From assembly GCA_017960855.1 (NCBI GenBank), contig JAGCYJ010000012.1, positions 5,434 through 69,433 of the forward strand: 64,000 bases of DNA. The letters run 5' to 3'. This DNA is from Alphaproteobacteria bacterium (GTDB lineage Bacteria; Pseudomonadota; Alphaproteobacteria; Rs-D84). The notes beneath the pieces are model-generated. The model worked only from the letters and a program-made list of their open reading frames with translations, had not been told where the DNA came from and made no database searches. Position 1 is the stretch's first letter. The number at the start of each line of letters is the position of its first letter. The translations under genes and the position numbers were made by a program. This document shows positions 32,866-41,674 of the stretch, piece after piece.

Positions 32866-33726
32866 TTATTTTAATGTAGAACACGCTATGTCATAGAACT
32901 TGCACAACTGGGTCGCCATTGACCGTTCAGATGGATGCGCTTCGTCACACTGGTTCGGCATACTGCGGTTACATATTGATATTATACACGCATCGCGTCC
33001 GGAATTGTCCTTGCACGATTGGGTAATAGATGCCAAACGTTTTTCACGTGCATCGCGATACGATTGAACAAGTGCCAACAGCGCATTTTCTGCGTTTTTT
33101 ATGGCATTATCACGTGCCGTCATCAATGTTGTACGAATGTCCGCCAAATATTCGTCGCACCCAGTGGCCGCCACAGAACATTCAGAAAAATACCGATTGA
33201 AATCAGAATCTTCGGCACAAGCACTGTACCTAGATGTACATTTTGCATTACCAACAACGCACGCTGTGATTTCCGATGAACATGTTGCAGATGTCTTTTT
33301 CTGGCGTGCTTTTTCAAACAAAACAGACATTTGGGCGGTAATTCCCGCAGCAGTACACGACTGTTCAATCAGGGAATCATAGGTTTCAGATACGTCGTCC
33401 GCCGTACAACCGTCAATCATTGTTATACACTTCTTGGATGCCCAAACATAACGCTCTCCTGGGTCAGTTGGGGCATTTTTTAGATCCTTGGACGATATGG
33501 TAAACCGCGAAGATGTTCCAACAGAAACAGCCCGCATTCCCGCGTCGTTCGGTTCGCCCGCGTCCGCCGTACCACAGTATTGACATCGGGCCGCCGGATT
33601 GGACGATACATTAATGGCACACGCAGAATCCAGACAACGCGTCAAATTCGCGCGTGAACACGCCGTGTGCCCCATATTTGGCACCAGCGCAAAAGCAAGC
33701 ATTATAAAAGCAGTTTTCTTTATCAT
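32866..33726 (-). CDS. Cysteine-rich secreted protein, family member C
   Basis: The ATG at 33726 (ORF track starts at 33849) gives the signal peptide MIKKTAFIMLAFALVPNMGHTA. Motifs CSRANLTRCLDSAC, CSSEITACVVGNAKC and CKDNSGRDACIISIC are present. It lies 15 nt upstream of member D. Confidence 0.8.
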   Translation of the reverse strand: MIKKTAFIMLAFALVPNMGHTACSRANLTRCLDSACAINVSSNPAARCQYCGTADAGEPNDAGMRAVSVGTSSRFTISSKDLKNAPTDPGERYVWASKKCITMIDGCTADDVSETYDSLIEQSCTAAGITAQMSVLFEKARQKKTSATCSSEITACVVGNAKCTSRYSACAEDSDFNRYFSECSVAATGCDEYLADIRTTLMTARDNAIKNAENALLALVQSYRDAREKRLASITQSCKDNSGRDACIISICNRSMPNQCDEAHPSERSMATQLCKFYDIACSTLK

Positions 33727-33801
33727 TTCTCTCTGATGCTTGATTATATCAAAAATAAGGGGCGGGTGCAAAGGGAAAAAAACAAAATTGCATTTTATCT
33801 C

Positions 33802-33830
33802 TTGACAAATAGATTTATTTTGTCTATATT
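33802..33830 (+). promoter_or_regulatory. sigma70-type promoter TTGACA-N17-TATATT
   Basis: ttgaca at 33802-33807 and tatatt at 33825-33830, upstream of the ATG at 33861. Confidence 0.65.
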
Positions 33831-33860
33831 TATGGCAACAAATAACCAAAGGAACTAAAA

Positions 33861-34544
33861 ATGGCTAAAAAAGGTACAAGTTTTTGGGTTAATATCGGTT
33901 CAGGCGCTATTGCTGTGTTGGCAATTGCCGCGATGATTGTCGCTACATCCAAGTGCAGCGGTGCCGAACAAGAAAACACACAAACTGCCAGGGCATTGGC
34001 TTCTGCTCGTGCTGAAATTGAACAGAAAGATGAAACAATTGCTGATTTGAATGAAGGCATCGAATATTTGAAAGCAGAAAATAAGATGCAGAAAGATTCT
34101 ATTGATGTAATGAACCAATTTAACAAGGACATCAAGGCGGAAAATGATTCTTTGAAAGTGAATTGCGTACAAAAAAAGAAAAAAACCGCAAGAAAACCTG
34201 CAGCAAAACCTGCAGCTAAGCCGGCAACAAAACCATGTGTGACACCATCTGTTACAGTTGTGTCTGGCGATAAAAAGGTTGTTGTTGGTGCATGTGGCGA
34301 AGAAAAGCCATCTGTCAAGGTCACTTCTGCTGAAAAGAAAGTTGTTGTTTGCGGACAAGATGAAACCAAAGATCAAGGTCGTGTTATCGTGAACGGTGAC
34401 AACAACGGTCAGATTATTGTTAATACAAATGGTATCGTTGAAGCAAACGGTAATGTTAATGGTCATGACAATAACGTGAACAGTGCAAGCAAGGGTTCGC
34501 TTGAAGGATATGCGATTGTCAGAAGCCGTGCGAAATGCCGTTAA
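33861..34544 (+). CDS. Hypothetical membrane-anchored coiled-coil protein
   Basis: 227 aa. The N-terminal TM segment is GSGAIAVLAIAAMIVATS. A heptad-like region follows (EIEQKDETIADLNEGIEYLKAENKMQKDSI), then a KPAAKPAAKPATKP linker and an Asn/Gly/Val-rich C-terminus. Confidence 0.7.
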   Translation: MAKKGTSFWVNIGSGAIAVLAIAAMIVATSKCSGAEQENTQTARALASARAEIEQKDETIADLNEGIEYLKAENKMQKDSIDVMNQFNKDIKAENDSLKVNCVQKKKKTARKPAAKPAAKPATKPCVTPSVTVVSGDKKVVVGACGEEKPSVKVTSAEKKVVVCGQDETKDQGRVIVNGDNNGQIIVNTNGIVEANGNVNGHDNNVNSASKGSLEGYAIVRSRAKCR

Positions 34545-34572
34545 TATAAACAAGTATAGTTTAACATTGTGT

Positions 34573-34611
34573 AAAAATCCCTGTGGTGTTCCACGGGGAT
34601 TTTTATTTTTT
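34573..34611 (+). terminator. Rho-independent terminator
   Basis: aaaaatccctgtgg-tgtt-ccacggggattttt, followed by attttttt. Confidence 0.8.
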
Positions 34612-34664
34612 GCTAGACAGGGTTGCGAAATATATGCTAATATTAAAAGCACAGAGAGAAATTG

Positions 34665-37600
34665 ATGAGATTTATGCGGATTTTCGGTTTTTTACTGTTT
34701 TTGTTGCCGATGGCATCATTTGGCGCGACTAATGAATTTATGGTTGCTGCACAGTTGTTGTCTGCGGCAAAAAATGCCGATATCCAGCAGGTTCAAGCCC
34801 TTATCAACAACGGTGCAAATGTAAATTATGTTGATTCAACGGGGCTGTCAATCGTGTGTACCGCATTGATGAATAACGATGTACGCGCGGCTCAGATATT
34901 ACAAATGTATGGTGCTGATGCGGCAAATTGTGATCGCCAGATTAAACAGTATAATTCAAGGAACAAACCCGAACGAAGCGGGGGATTGTTCGGTGGGTTA
35001 TCCTCGGCCCAAAGCATAACATTAGCGGCGGCGGGTGCCGCCGTTATCGTTGGTGGACTTTTTTTGTTGACCGATGTGTTTGATCCAGGCAACAGCAACA
35101 AGTCATCGTCCAGTGGATCACACGGTGGTGGTAATGGTGGTGGTAATGGCGGTTCGTCTGCAACGGTGGCGTTTACTTTGCCGTACGGTCCCGCAATGAC
35201 AGATGCCAAGGCCGAAAATTCTGACTATGTGAACAATTTGAATTTTTACAGTCCATCTGATGAAAACAGTTCTTATTACAGAAATTACACATTGATGAAC
35301 AATTCCGCGATAACCCAGAATTATTTGCTGATGATGCATGGCTATTCGGCGTTGGCGCGTGGATATAATGGGCTGCAGACATTGCGGTATAAAGATTCTG
35401 CATATTCGCCGGTGCCAAGGACGGTGTTAAACGGTTATGCGGTTTCGGGCTATACGGTTGAAGGTGGGCGTCCGGTAAATGTCGCGCTGATAACCGCCAA
35501 CGGTATCAATATGCATGGAAAACCGGCGGGCGAAATAACGGCAGCGGTTGATTCATTGGACGATCGTTTTGTTGCGTGGACCGCGCTAAATGGTTCTTCG
35601 TTGATTGAACCCGAATACACCAATTTATCCAGTAAATATTACAACAATGCAATTACCTTTGGCGAAGATGCCGCGAACAAGGTTGCCGATGCAACAACAG
35701 CCGAAGATGGAATGATGGTTGATTTCTTTGATTTGTCGGGTAATGGAACTGCGGTCGCTAATACGGATGCGACAGACTATGACAATTTGTTGGCCAAGGT
35801 TGTGGCTGGTGCTAATTCCGGTTTTTCGGGTGCCGACTATATGGGCTTTATGCCGTATGGGCAACTGACGATATTTCGCACGGGTGGTGGTGTGGACAGT
35901 AATGGCGACCCAACGGACTATTATAATTACAAGGCATTAAGAAATGCCGCGACTTTATATGCGGCGGGGGATTTGACCGCGCGTTCACATCCCGAGATTT
36001 TTGCAAACTTGGATGTGATTGACCCGTTGCATGCGTTTGATGCCCCAACCATAGAAACATTGTTGTCAAACAATCCAGATATGACAAAGAAAGATTTATA
36101 TCAGGCCGCTTTCTCTGTATATGTGAATTCTATGTATGGCGATGATGATACAACATATCAGCCCGGAACAGATTCTTATTACTTCTTCAATAATTTAGGT
36201 TCCGCTTATTTGCCATTGGTGTTGTTCTCTACTGGTGCGGTGGAAACGAATTCAACGTATTCGGGCGAAGCAAAGGTGGCGACATTTGAAAATGCTGCGC
36301 CATTGGTGTATGACAATTTGGAACATTTGTTTGCGTCCATTGTTGCAGTGGGGCAGACAGGAACTGCTTATACTGGAAATATCGCCAGTTATACGCCGTC
36401 GGGTAAATATGCACTTATGCAGTGGCAGAACACAAATGGTACTGCCGACGATGCATCTGATGATACATACTATCGTGCGCGTATGTGTGGCATTGCGGGA
36501 TTTGGTTTGGGTGATATTGATCCATGGTGTTTTGCATCTGTTGGTATGACGGATGAATTAGCGGTCGCTTCGGCTGCGGGTGCGTTCGGCGCGATGAAAT
36601 CGGCTTTTCCGTATTTAAGTAATAAACAAATATTTGCGCTGGCGGCTTTGACCGCGGACGGTGCTTATTTGGGAACACTGGACGGCAAAGCGGCGACCAA
36701 GGATGTGCTGACTTCTTATCTGCAGGGTTTATATATATTGCCAGATGAATATCAGGTATATGTTGACGGTGGCCATATGACGTATCTGGATGCTTTCAAA
36801 GAAGTGTTTGGTTATGGTTTGATAAATGTTGAACGCGCAACGACACCGGGCAAAAGCATACATTATTATAATGGCGACAGCATTGTTGCGGCATCGGGAA
36901 ATGCATATTGGCGTGCGGCGACAAATACCGCGTTTCGTTCTTCGTCCGCGTTCGGTGCGCGTGATGCGACATTAAGAACATCTGCGTATGATGTTTTGAC
37001 CAGTGTTGATGGTGAATTGTCTTTGCCACGTGTCTGGACAAGTGAATTTACAATTGGTGCGAATTCTAAACATGGTTTGTATATGGGCGACGTGTTGGGC
37101 GAATTGCGGACACGCGACGAAGCGGACAACCGTATTCAAATCGGGCAAATGGGATTTTCAATGACGACATCACAACGCGCCTATGCCGACAGTATGGGTG
37201 GTTTGGATAATATGAAATTGGATTGGACGTCGGGCGATTGGAACTTTGCCGCCGGCTATCAACGTCACTTTACTGATGGGGCATCACGGTTTACGGGGTT
37301 AAGTAATCCGATTTTGGGATTGGCATCAAACGCGGTTATATCGGATGCAAAATATAACTTTGGTAAATGGTCATTTGGTGCGCGTGCTTTTTCAGGAAAT
37401 GTGACGGATGAATCTTTGTTGGAAAATGATCCGACAATTGCGGCGAACTATGAACCGGCGCGTCTGGGGTTTGTTCGTGGTGCGGGTGCCAGTGTCGGTT
37501 GGAAAAACGACCGCTTTGCGTTTGATACAACAGTTGGAACGGCAAATGAAACGAATACGGTACTGGGTGCATATACCAATGGCTTGTTGGGCATGGGTGC

Positions 37601-38081
37601 TGGTGAAACGGTCTATGTCGACAACGAATTGCGTTTCCGTCCGACCGATAGTTTGACACTGACGGCGCGTGCGACATTCGCGCGGACAACAACTGACGGG
37701 GCGGGGGGATTGGTAATGGGCGTGTCGCCATTGGAATCAAATGCGTTCGCGTTGGGCGCCGATTGGGGTAATTTCCGGTTCAGTGTGGCGCAACCGTTGG
37801 CGGTTCGTCATGGAAGTTTGAAATACGCATATGCTGATTACAATGTTGTTGATACAGACGACGGCAATTTTGCGCTGGATATTGCGGACACCCATGTCGC
37901 GGATATAGATTTGAGTGCACGTACCCGCGAAGTGCGTTTCAGCGGTGAATATCGCCATAATTTTGGGACATTTACCGATGGTGCATTGGGCTTTATATAC
38001 CGCGTAAATCCGAACAATACGGATGAATTCGGTAATGAATCCATCTTTATGATGAAACTGACACACCGTGTCGGGATTTAG
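34665..38081 (+). CDS. Ankyrin-repeat / subtilase-like / beta-barrel outer-membrane protein (autotransporter-like)
   Basis: The signal peptide is MRFMRIFGFLLFLLPMASFGA. ANK-like repeats are present (AAKNADIQQVQALINNGANVNYVDSTGLSIVCTALMNNDVRAAQILQMYGADAN). A hydrophobic segment AAAGAAVIVGGLFLL and a Gly/Ser linker follow. S8-like remnants are present (GMTDELAVASAAGAFGAMKSAFPYLS; FGYGLINVERA). The C-terminal ~330 aa are beta-rich. Confidence 0.65.
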   Translation: MRFMRIFGFLLFLLPMASFGATNEFMVAAQLLSAAKNADIQQVQALINNGANVNYVDSTGLSIVCTALMNNDVRAAQILQMYGADAANCDRQIKQYNSRNKPERSGGLFGGLSSAQSITLAAAGAAVIVGGLFLLTDVFDPGNSNKSSSSGSHGGGNGGGNGGSSATVAFTLPYGPAMTDAKAENSDYVNNLNFYSPSDENSSYYRNYTLMNNSAITQNYLLMMHGYSALARGYNGLQTLRYKDSAYSPVPRTVLNGYAVSGYTVEGGRPVNVALITANGINMHGKPAGEITAAVDSLDDRFVAWTALNGSSLIEPEYTNLSSKYYNNAITFGEDAANKVADATTAEDGMMVDFFDLSGNGTAVANTDATDYDNLLAKVVAGANSGFSGADYMGFMPYGQLTIFRTGGGVDSNGDPTDYYNYKALRNAATLYAAGDLTARSHPEIFANLDVIDPLHAFDAPTIETLLSNNPDMTKKDLYQAAFSVYVNSMYGDDDTTYQPGTDSYYFFNNLGSAYLPLVLFSTGAVETNSTYSGEAKVATFENAAPLVYDNLEHLFASIVAVGQTGTAYTGNIASYTPSGKYALMQWQNTNGTADDASDDTYYRARMCGIAGFGLGDIDPWCFASVGMTDELAVASAAGAFGAMKSAFPYLSNKQIFALAALTADGAYLGTLDGKAATKDVLTSYLQGLYILPDEYQVYVDGGHMTYLDAFKEVFGYGLINVERATTPGKSIHYYNGDSIVAASGNAYWRAATNTAFRSSSAFGARDATLRTSAYDVLTSVDGELSLPRVWTSEFTIGANSKHGLYMGDVLGELRTRDEADNRIQIGQMGFSMTTSQRAYADSMGGLDNMKLDWTSGDWNFAAGYQRHFTDGASRFTGLSNPILGLASNAVISDAKYNFGKWSFGARAFSGNVTDESLLENDPTIAANYEPARLGFVRGAGASVGWKNDRFAFDTTVGTANETNTVLGAYTNGLLGMGAGETVYVDNELRFRPTDSLTLTARATFARTTTDGAGGLVMGVSPLESNAFALGADWGNFRFSVAQPLAVRHGSLKYAYADYNVVDTDDGNFALDIADTHVADIDLSARTREVRFSGEYRHNFGTFTDGALGFIYRVNPNNTDEFGNESIFMMKLTHRVGI

Positions 38082-38099
38082 TATCACTGATATACGGGC

Positions 38100-38127
38100 T
38101 TGACAAAAACTATTTTTCGTGTATTAT
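38100..38127 (+). promoter_or_regulatory. sigma70-type promoter TTGACA-N16-TATTAT
   Basis: ttgaca at 38100-38105 and tattat at 38122-38127. Confidence 0.55.
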
Positions 38128-38157
38128 TTCCCACAGAAAAAACAAAAGGTATTTTTT

Positions 38158-38565
38158 ATGACGTTTAAAGAGTTTATGAAGATTAATTTTGCACCGACAA
38201 TGGAATTGCCGGGTTGGGTGGATCATGACTCGTTCTATGATGCGGTATTGCTGTCGGATAAGATGGATATGGTACCAGATGTTATTCGTTCCCCAGATGG
38301 ACGGTCTTATGTTTATTTTGAAAGAATGACACCAGATGTAATGGCGTTTGCGCGTGCCATGGGTTTCAAACCACGCTTACACAGAAGTCGCAGATATTTT
38401 CCGCCAAGACACATATATCGTGCGCCCGTCAGCAGAGCCATGTCAAAATCTGCAAAGCAGACAGTTGATAAAATATCTACTTTGTCTGGCCAAGATGTAA
38501 AAGAGTGCAAGGCGACCCCTGAATACGCAAAATACATTTCGTATTACAGACAAAAAAACAGATAA
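38158..38565 (+). CDS. Hypothetical protein (135 aa)
   Basis: The ATG at 38158 follows aaaagg. The longer ORF-track start lies inside the promoter. The C-terminus is basic. I recognise no motif. Confidence 0.55.
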   Translation: MTFKEFMKINFAPTMELPGWVDHDSFYDAVLLSDKMDMVPDVIRSPDGRSYVYFERMTPDVMAFARAMGFKPRLHRSRRYFPPRHIYRAPVSRAMSKSAKQTVDKISTLSGQDVKECKATPEYAKYISYYRQKNR

Positions 38566-38567
38566 AT

Positions 38568-38597
38568 AAAACCGCCCGTTTGGGCGGTTATCTTTTA
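38568..38597. terminator. Bidirectional rho-independent terminator
   Basis: aaccgccc-gttt-gggcggtt between convergent genes. Confidence 0.75.
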
Positions 38598-39833
38598 CGA
38601 CAATTTGTGAATTACCAAACCACTGCGCAGTTTCGGTTCAAACCATGTCGTCTTTGGTGGCATGATGTTGCCGGTATCTGCAATATCAATGATTTGTTGC
38701 ATTGTGACGGGATACAGTGCAAACGCCACCGCCATTTCGCCGGAATCAACACGTTTCTGTAATTCGCCAAGTCCGCGAATACCACCGACAAAGTCAATAC
38801 GTTTGCTGGTGCGTAAATCGCCAAGGTTCAAGATTTTATCAAACACCAAGTTCGACAAAACGGTCACGTCCAAAATGCCGATTGGGTCGCTGTCGTTATA
38901 TGTGCCGGCGCGCGCGGTCAATGAATACCATTTGCCACCCAGATACATACCAAAGTTATGCAATTTTGTCGGCTTGTAAATGTCGGCGCCCATTTCCACC
39001 ACTTCAAATGATTCCGACAATTTTTCCAAGAACTGTTCGTTTGTTAAGCCGTTCAAATCGCGCACAACGCGGTTATAGTCGATAACATGCAACTGGCTTG
39101 CTGGGAAAATCACAGCCAAGAAAAAGTTGTATTCTTCATTGCCGGTGTGGTTCGGATTTTGTTCGCGTTTTTCCGCGCCAACACGTGCAGCGGCGGCGGT
39201 GCGGTGATGACCGTCGGCGACATACATTGCCGGAATATTTTTAAAGATTTCAGTTATGCGGGCGTTAATCGCGTCATCGCGAATTGCCCAAAAAGTATGA
39301 CCAAATCCATCGGGTGCAACAAAGTCGTATTCTGGGGCATTGTTTGCTACAAAGTCCGCAACGATTTTGTTCATTTCATCTACATCTGGATACGCAAAGA
39401 ACACCGGTTCAATATTCGCGTTTTGGATACGCACGTGAATCATACGATCGTCTTCTTTGTCTTTGCGAGTCAATTCGTGCTTTTTAATTTTGCCGGTCAT
39501 ATAGTCATCAACATTTGCCGCGGCGACCAAACCATATTGCGTGCGACCGTCCATAGTTTGCGCATAGATATAATACATTTCTTTGTCGTCTTGGACCAGC
39601 CAGCCGTTGTCTTGCCATTTCTTGAAGTTTTCGACGGCTTTGTCGTATGTTTTCTGTTCGTGTTCGTCGGCAATCGGATCAAAATCAATTTCTGGTTTGA
39701 TAATGTGCAGTAATGATTTTTCACCGGCTTCGGCCTTGGCTTCAACAGAGTTCAGAACATCATACGGACGTGATGCAACTTCGGCTGCTAATTCACGCGG
39801 TGGGCGAACACCTGCAAATGGTTTTATTTTCAT
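38595..39833 (-). CDS. DUF1015 family protein
   Basis: 412 aa. The N-terminus MKIKPFAGVRPPRELAAEVASRPYDVLNSVEA...LLHIIKPEIDF, the ADGHHR motif and the length all fit the conserved DUF1015 family. Confidence 0.75.
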   Translation of the reverse strand: MKIKPFAGVRPPRELAAEVASRPYDVLNSVEAKAEAGEKSLLHIIKPEIDFDPIADEHEQKTYDKAVENFKKWQDNGWLVQDDKEMYYIYAQTMDGRTQYGLVAAANVDDYMTGKIKKHELTRKDKEDDRMIHVRIQNANIEPVFFAYPDVDEMNKIVADFVANNAPEYDFVAPDGFGHTFWAIRDDAINARITEIFKNIPAMYVADGHHRTAAAARVGAEKREQNPNHTGNEEYNFFLAVIFPASQLHVIDYNRVVRDLNGLTNEQFLEKLSESFEVVEMGADIYKPTKLHNFGMYLGGKWYSLTARAGTYNDSDPIGILDVTVLSNLVFDKILNLGDLRTSKRIDFVGGIRGLGELQKRVDSGEMAVAFALYPVTMQQIIDIADTGNIMPPKTTWFEPKLRSGLVIHKLS

Positions 39834-39893
39834 GTAATAATCTCCTTTTAGTTCTTGGGGATTATTACACGAAAAAACAAAAGGTAAATAAAA

Positions 39894-40973
39894 TTATTTC
39901 ACTTTTATTGGAATAATTGTCTGGACTTTGACTGTGTCCAGCGGGACATATTGAAACTGGACTTTTGCGAAGTCAATGTTTTTCATATCAATGGATCGAA
40001 TTGTCCGATTATACATGGTATGATAGTAAATGACTTTGTCGCCCAAATCGGTCGCGATTGTCCATTGGGTCGCGGACGGCATATTATTCGTTGCACGTCC
40101 AGAATCAAATTCCACACCCAACGGCACATCCAAATTATTTAAGATATGAAACGCCTTCATTGTGGATTCATATCCATTTTTTTGTGGCACAGAATAGTTG
40201 CTAAGCAGCGCCGCCCGAACAAATCGTGATGGTGGTGTAAAATCGCCCGGCAGCCCCAGCATTTTACTGTCTGAACCAAACGCGTTCAGTGTTGTGTCAC
40301 CAAGTTTTTTAGAACTATTGGTGCCCGGTTCCAGATTTATATAATTGTTAAGATTTGTAAGGTGCCATGGATACCCCGGCGAATTTGCGATTGCGCCGAC
40401 CTTGCTTTCATAGAAATGGGCGTTGCCGTCAATAAATTCTAAAATGACTTGGCGGCCGGTCGCGTCTGTTATGCGCCAATGCACCGTTGACGCGGTTGGA
40501 TCAACATTTGCGACGGTGATATCTTTTATCGCTTCTATGACTTGGTCAATGGTTGAAAAGCGCGACAGCATCCACGCCACCAATTCAAAATCGGCAATAG
40601 TGTTTTCTTTATTAAGTGCGCTGTATTTTGGATATTCGCCATAATCTGGAAAATAGAACAGACCCGCGGACAAGCCCGCTTCGTTTGTGCCGTCAATTAC
40701 AAAGTCCGGTATTTGCACCGCGATTCCGACATAGCCATATACTGATGTAAACTCCAGCCCGTCCATTTTACCGCTGGGGGTCAGTGATTTTTGTGTATGA
40801 CCGCGTGGCGCGATAACATACATACTGTTCATTTCGTCGCCATGCCAATCCACAGTGCGCGCAACAACCACAGATTTATCTTTTGCCCGCAGGGTGATAC
40901 CTGTGCATGCGTTGCCATAGTTGATAATTCCAATAATGCCGGCGATTGCGGCGGCAAAAAATCTTGTGTTCAT
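39894..40973 (-). CDS. Secreted choloylglycine hydrolase family (Ntn linear amide C-N hydrolase)
   Basis: The ATG at 40973 follows GGGGGGA. The signal peptide ends ...INYGNA, immediately before CTGITLRAKDKSVVVARTVDW. That places the catalytic N-terminal Cys after cleavage, which is typical of the bile-salt hydrolase / penicillin V acylase family. Confidence 0.8.
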   Translation of the reverse strand: MNTRFFAAAIAGIIGIINYGNACTGITLRAKDKSVVVARTVDWHGDEMNSMYVIAPRGHTQKSLTPSGKMDGLEFTSVYGYVGIAVQIPDFVIDGTNEAGLSAGLFYFPDYGEYPKYSALNKENTIADFELVAWMLSRFSTIDQVIEAIKDITVANVDPTASTVHWRITDATGRQVILEFIDGNAHFYESKVGAIANSPGYPWHLTNLNNYINLEPGTNSSKKLGDTTLNAFGSDSKMLGLPGDFTPPSRFVRAALLSNYSVPQKNGYESTMKAFHILNNLDVPLGVEFDSGRATNNMPSATQWTIATDLGDKVIYYHTMYNRTIRSIDMKNIDFAKVQFQYVPLDTVKVQTIIPIKVK

Positions 40974-41069
40974 TTTATCCCCCCTTGATATAATTATTAT
41001 GCGGAAAAACGGCGCGCCCAGACCATAGGAACCATTGCAAATTGGGCTGTTTATTTTCCCAAAATTTTG

Positions 41070-41078
41070 TGATACAAT
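41070..41078 (+). promoter_or_regulatory. Extended -10 element TGaTACAAT, 7 nt upstream of the ATG at 41086 (leaderless geometry)
   Basis: tgatacaat at 41070-41078, then gcgacac, then ATG. Confidence 0.45.
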
Positions 41079-41085
41079 GCGACAC

Positions 41086-41613
41086 ATGAAGATATCAGTT
41101 GATACGATTTATAAGTTTCATCGGGCGCGCACCGCGTGCCATATTGCGTGTGTGAATTATTTTGCGGGGTTGACCGGTCATCATTTCCCTGAACACGACA
41201 GCGATAAAAATGTTGAACCCATGCAAACGGGGTATGCGTATAAAAACTATGCTTCATATCATCCGGAATACAATTTAACCGATAAATATGTCGAACTGTT
41301 TGACAACGCGCACGCGTCGCACCACGAACACGCTTCGCATCACATAGAGTTTTATCATGGTGATGTTTCCAAGATTCCACAGATACGCCTGATTGAAATG
41401 ATTTGCGATTGGTTCAGTGCTAATTTTGAACAAGTGAATATCATACACGATTACGAATATGAAACGGTGGCGGGCTGGTTTGATGCTAAATTGTCGCACC
41501 TTGATTGGACGGCGGCGCAGTTAAAAACAATTCGTGAAACGATTAAATTGTTGGAACAAAAAGCGGACAGGGCGGAACTGCTAAAAATCTGGTCGCCAGT
41601 GAGCAAGGGGTAA
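41086..41613 (+). CDS. Hypothetical His-rich protein (possible metal-binding)
   Basis: About 175 aa. It begins MKISVDTIYKFHRARTACHIACVNYFAGLTGHHFPEHDSDKN and continues ...NAHASHHEHASHHIEFYHGD. The start was chosen from the promoter geometry. An alternative ATG lies at 41077. Confidence 0.5.
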   Translation: MKISVDTIYKFHRARTACHIACVNYFAGLTGHHFPEHDSDKNVEPMQTGYAYKNYASYHPEYNLTDKYVELFDNAHASHHEHASHHIEFYHGDVSKIPQIRLIEMICDWFSANFEQVNIIHDYEYETVAGWFDAKLSHLDWTAAQLKTIRETIKLLEQKADRAELLKIWSPVSKG

Positions 41614-41674
41614 GTGGATGAAAAAAATAGCAATCAGACAATTAAAGCGAACACTAAAATATTGGGGGTAAAAA

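Noticed and set aside
33830-34652. 179-aa and 250-aa minus-strand ORFs overlapping the 33861-34544 gene.
   Set aside because: The plus-strand gene has a consensus promoter, an RBS, a terminator, and a sensible TM plus coiled-coil product. The antisense translations are low-complexity and Cys/Phe-rich, and have no signals.
39087-39713. A 208-aa plus-strand ORF inside the DUF1015 gene.
   Set aside because: It is antisense to a well-supported conserved-family CDS and has no RBS.
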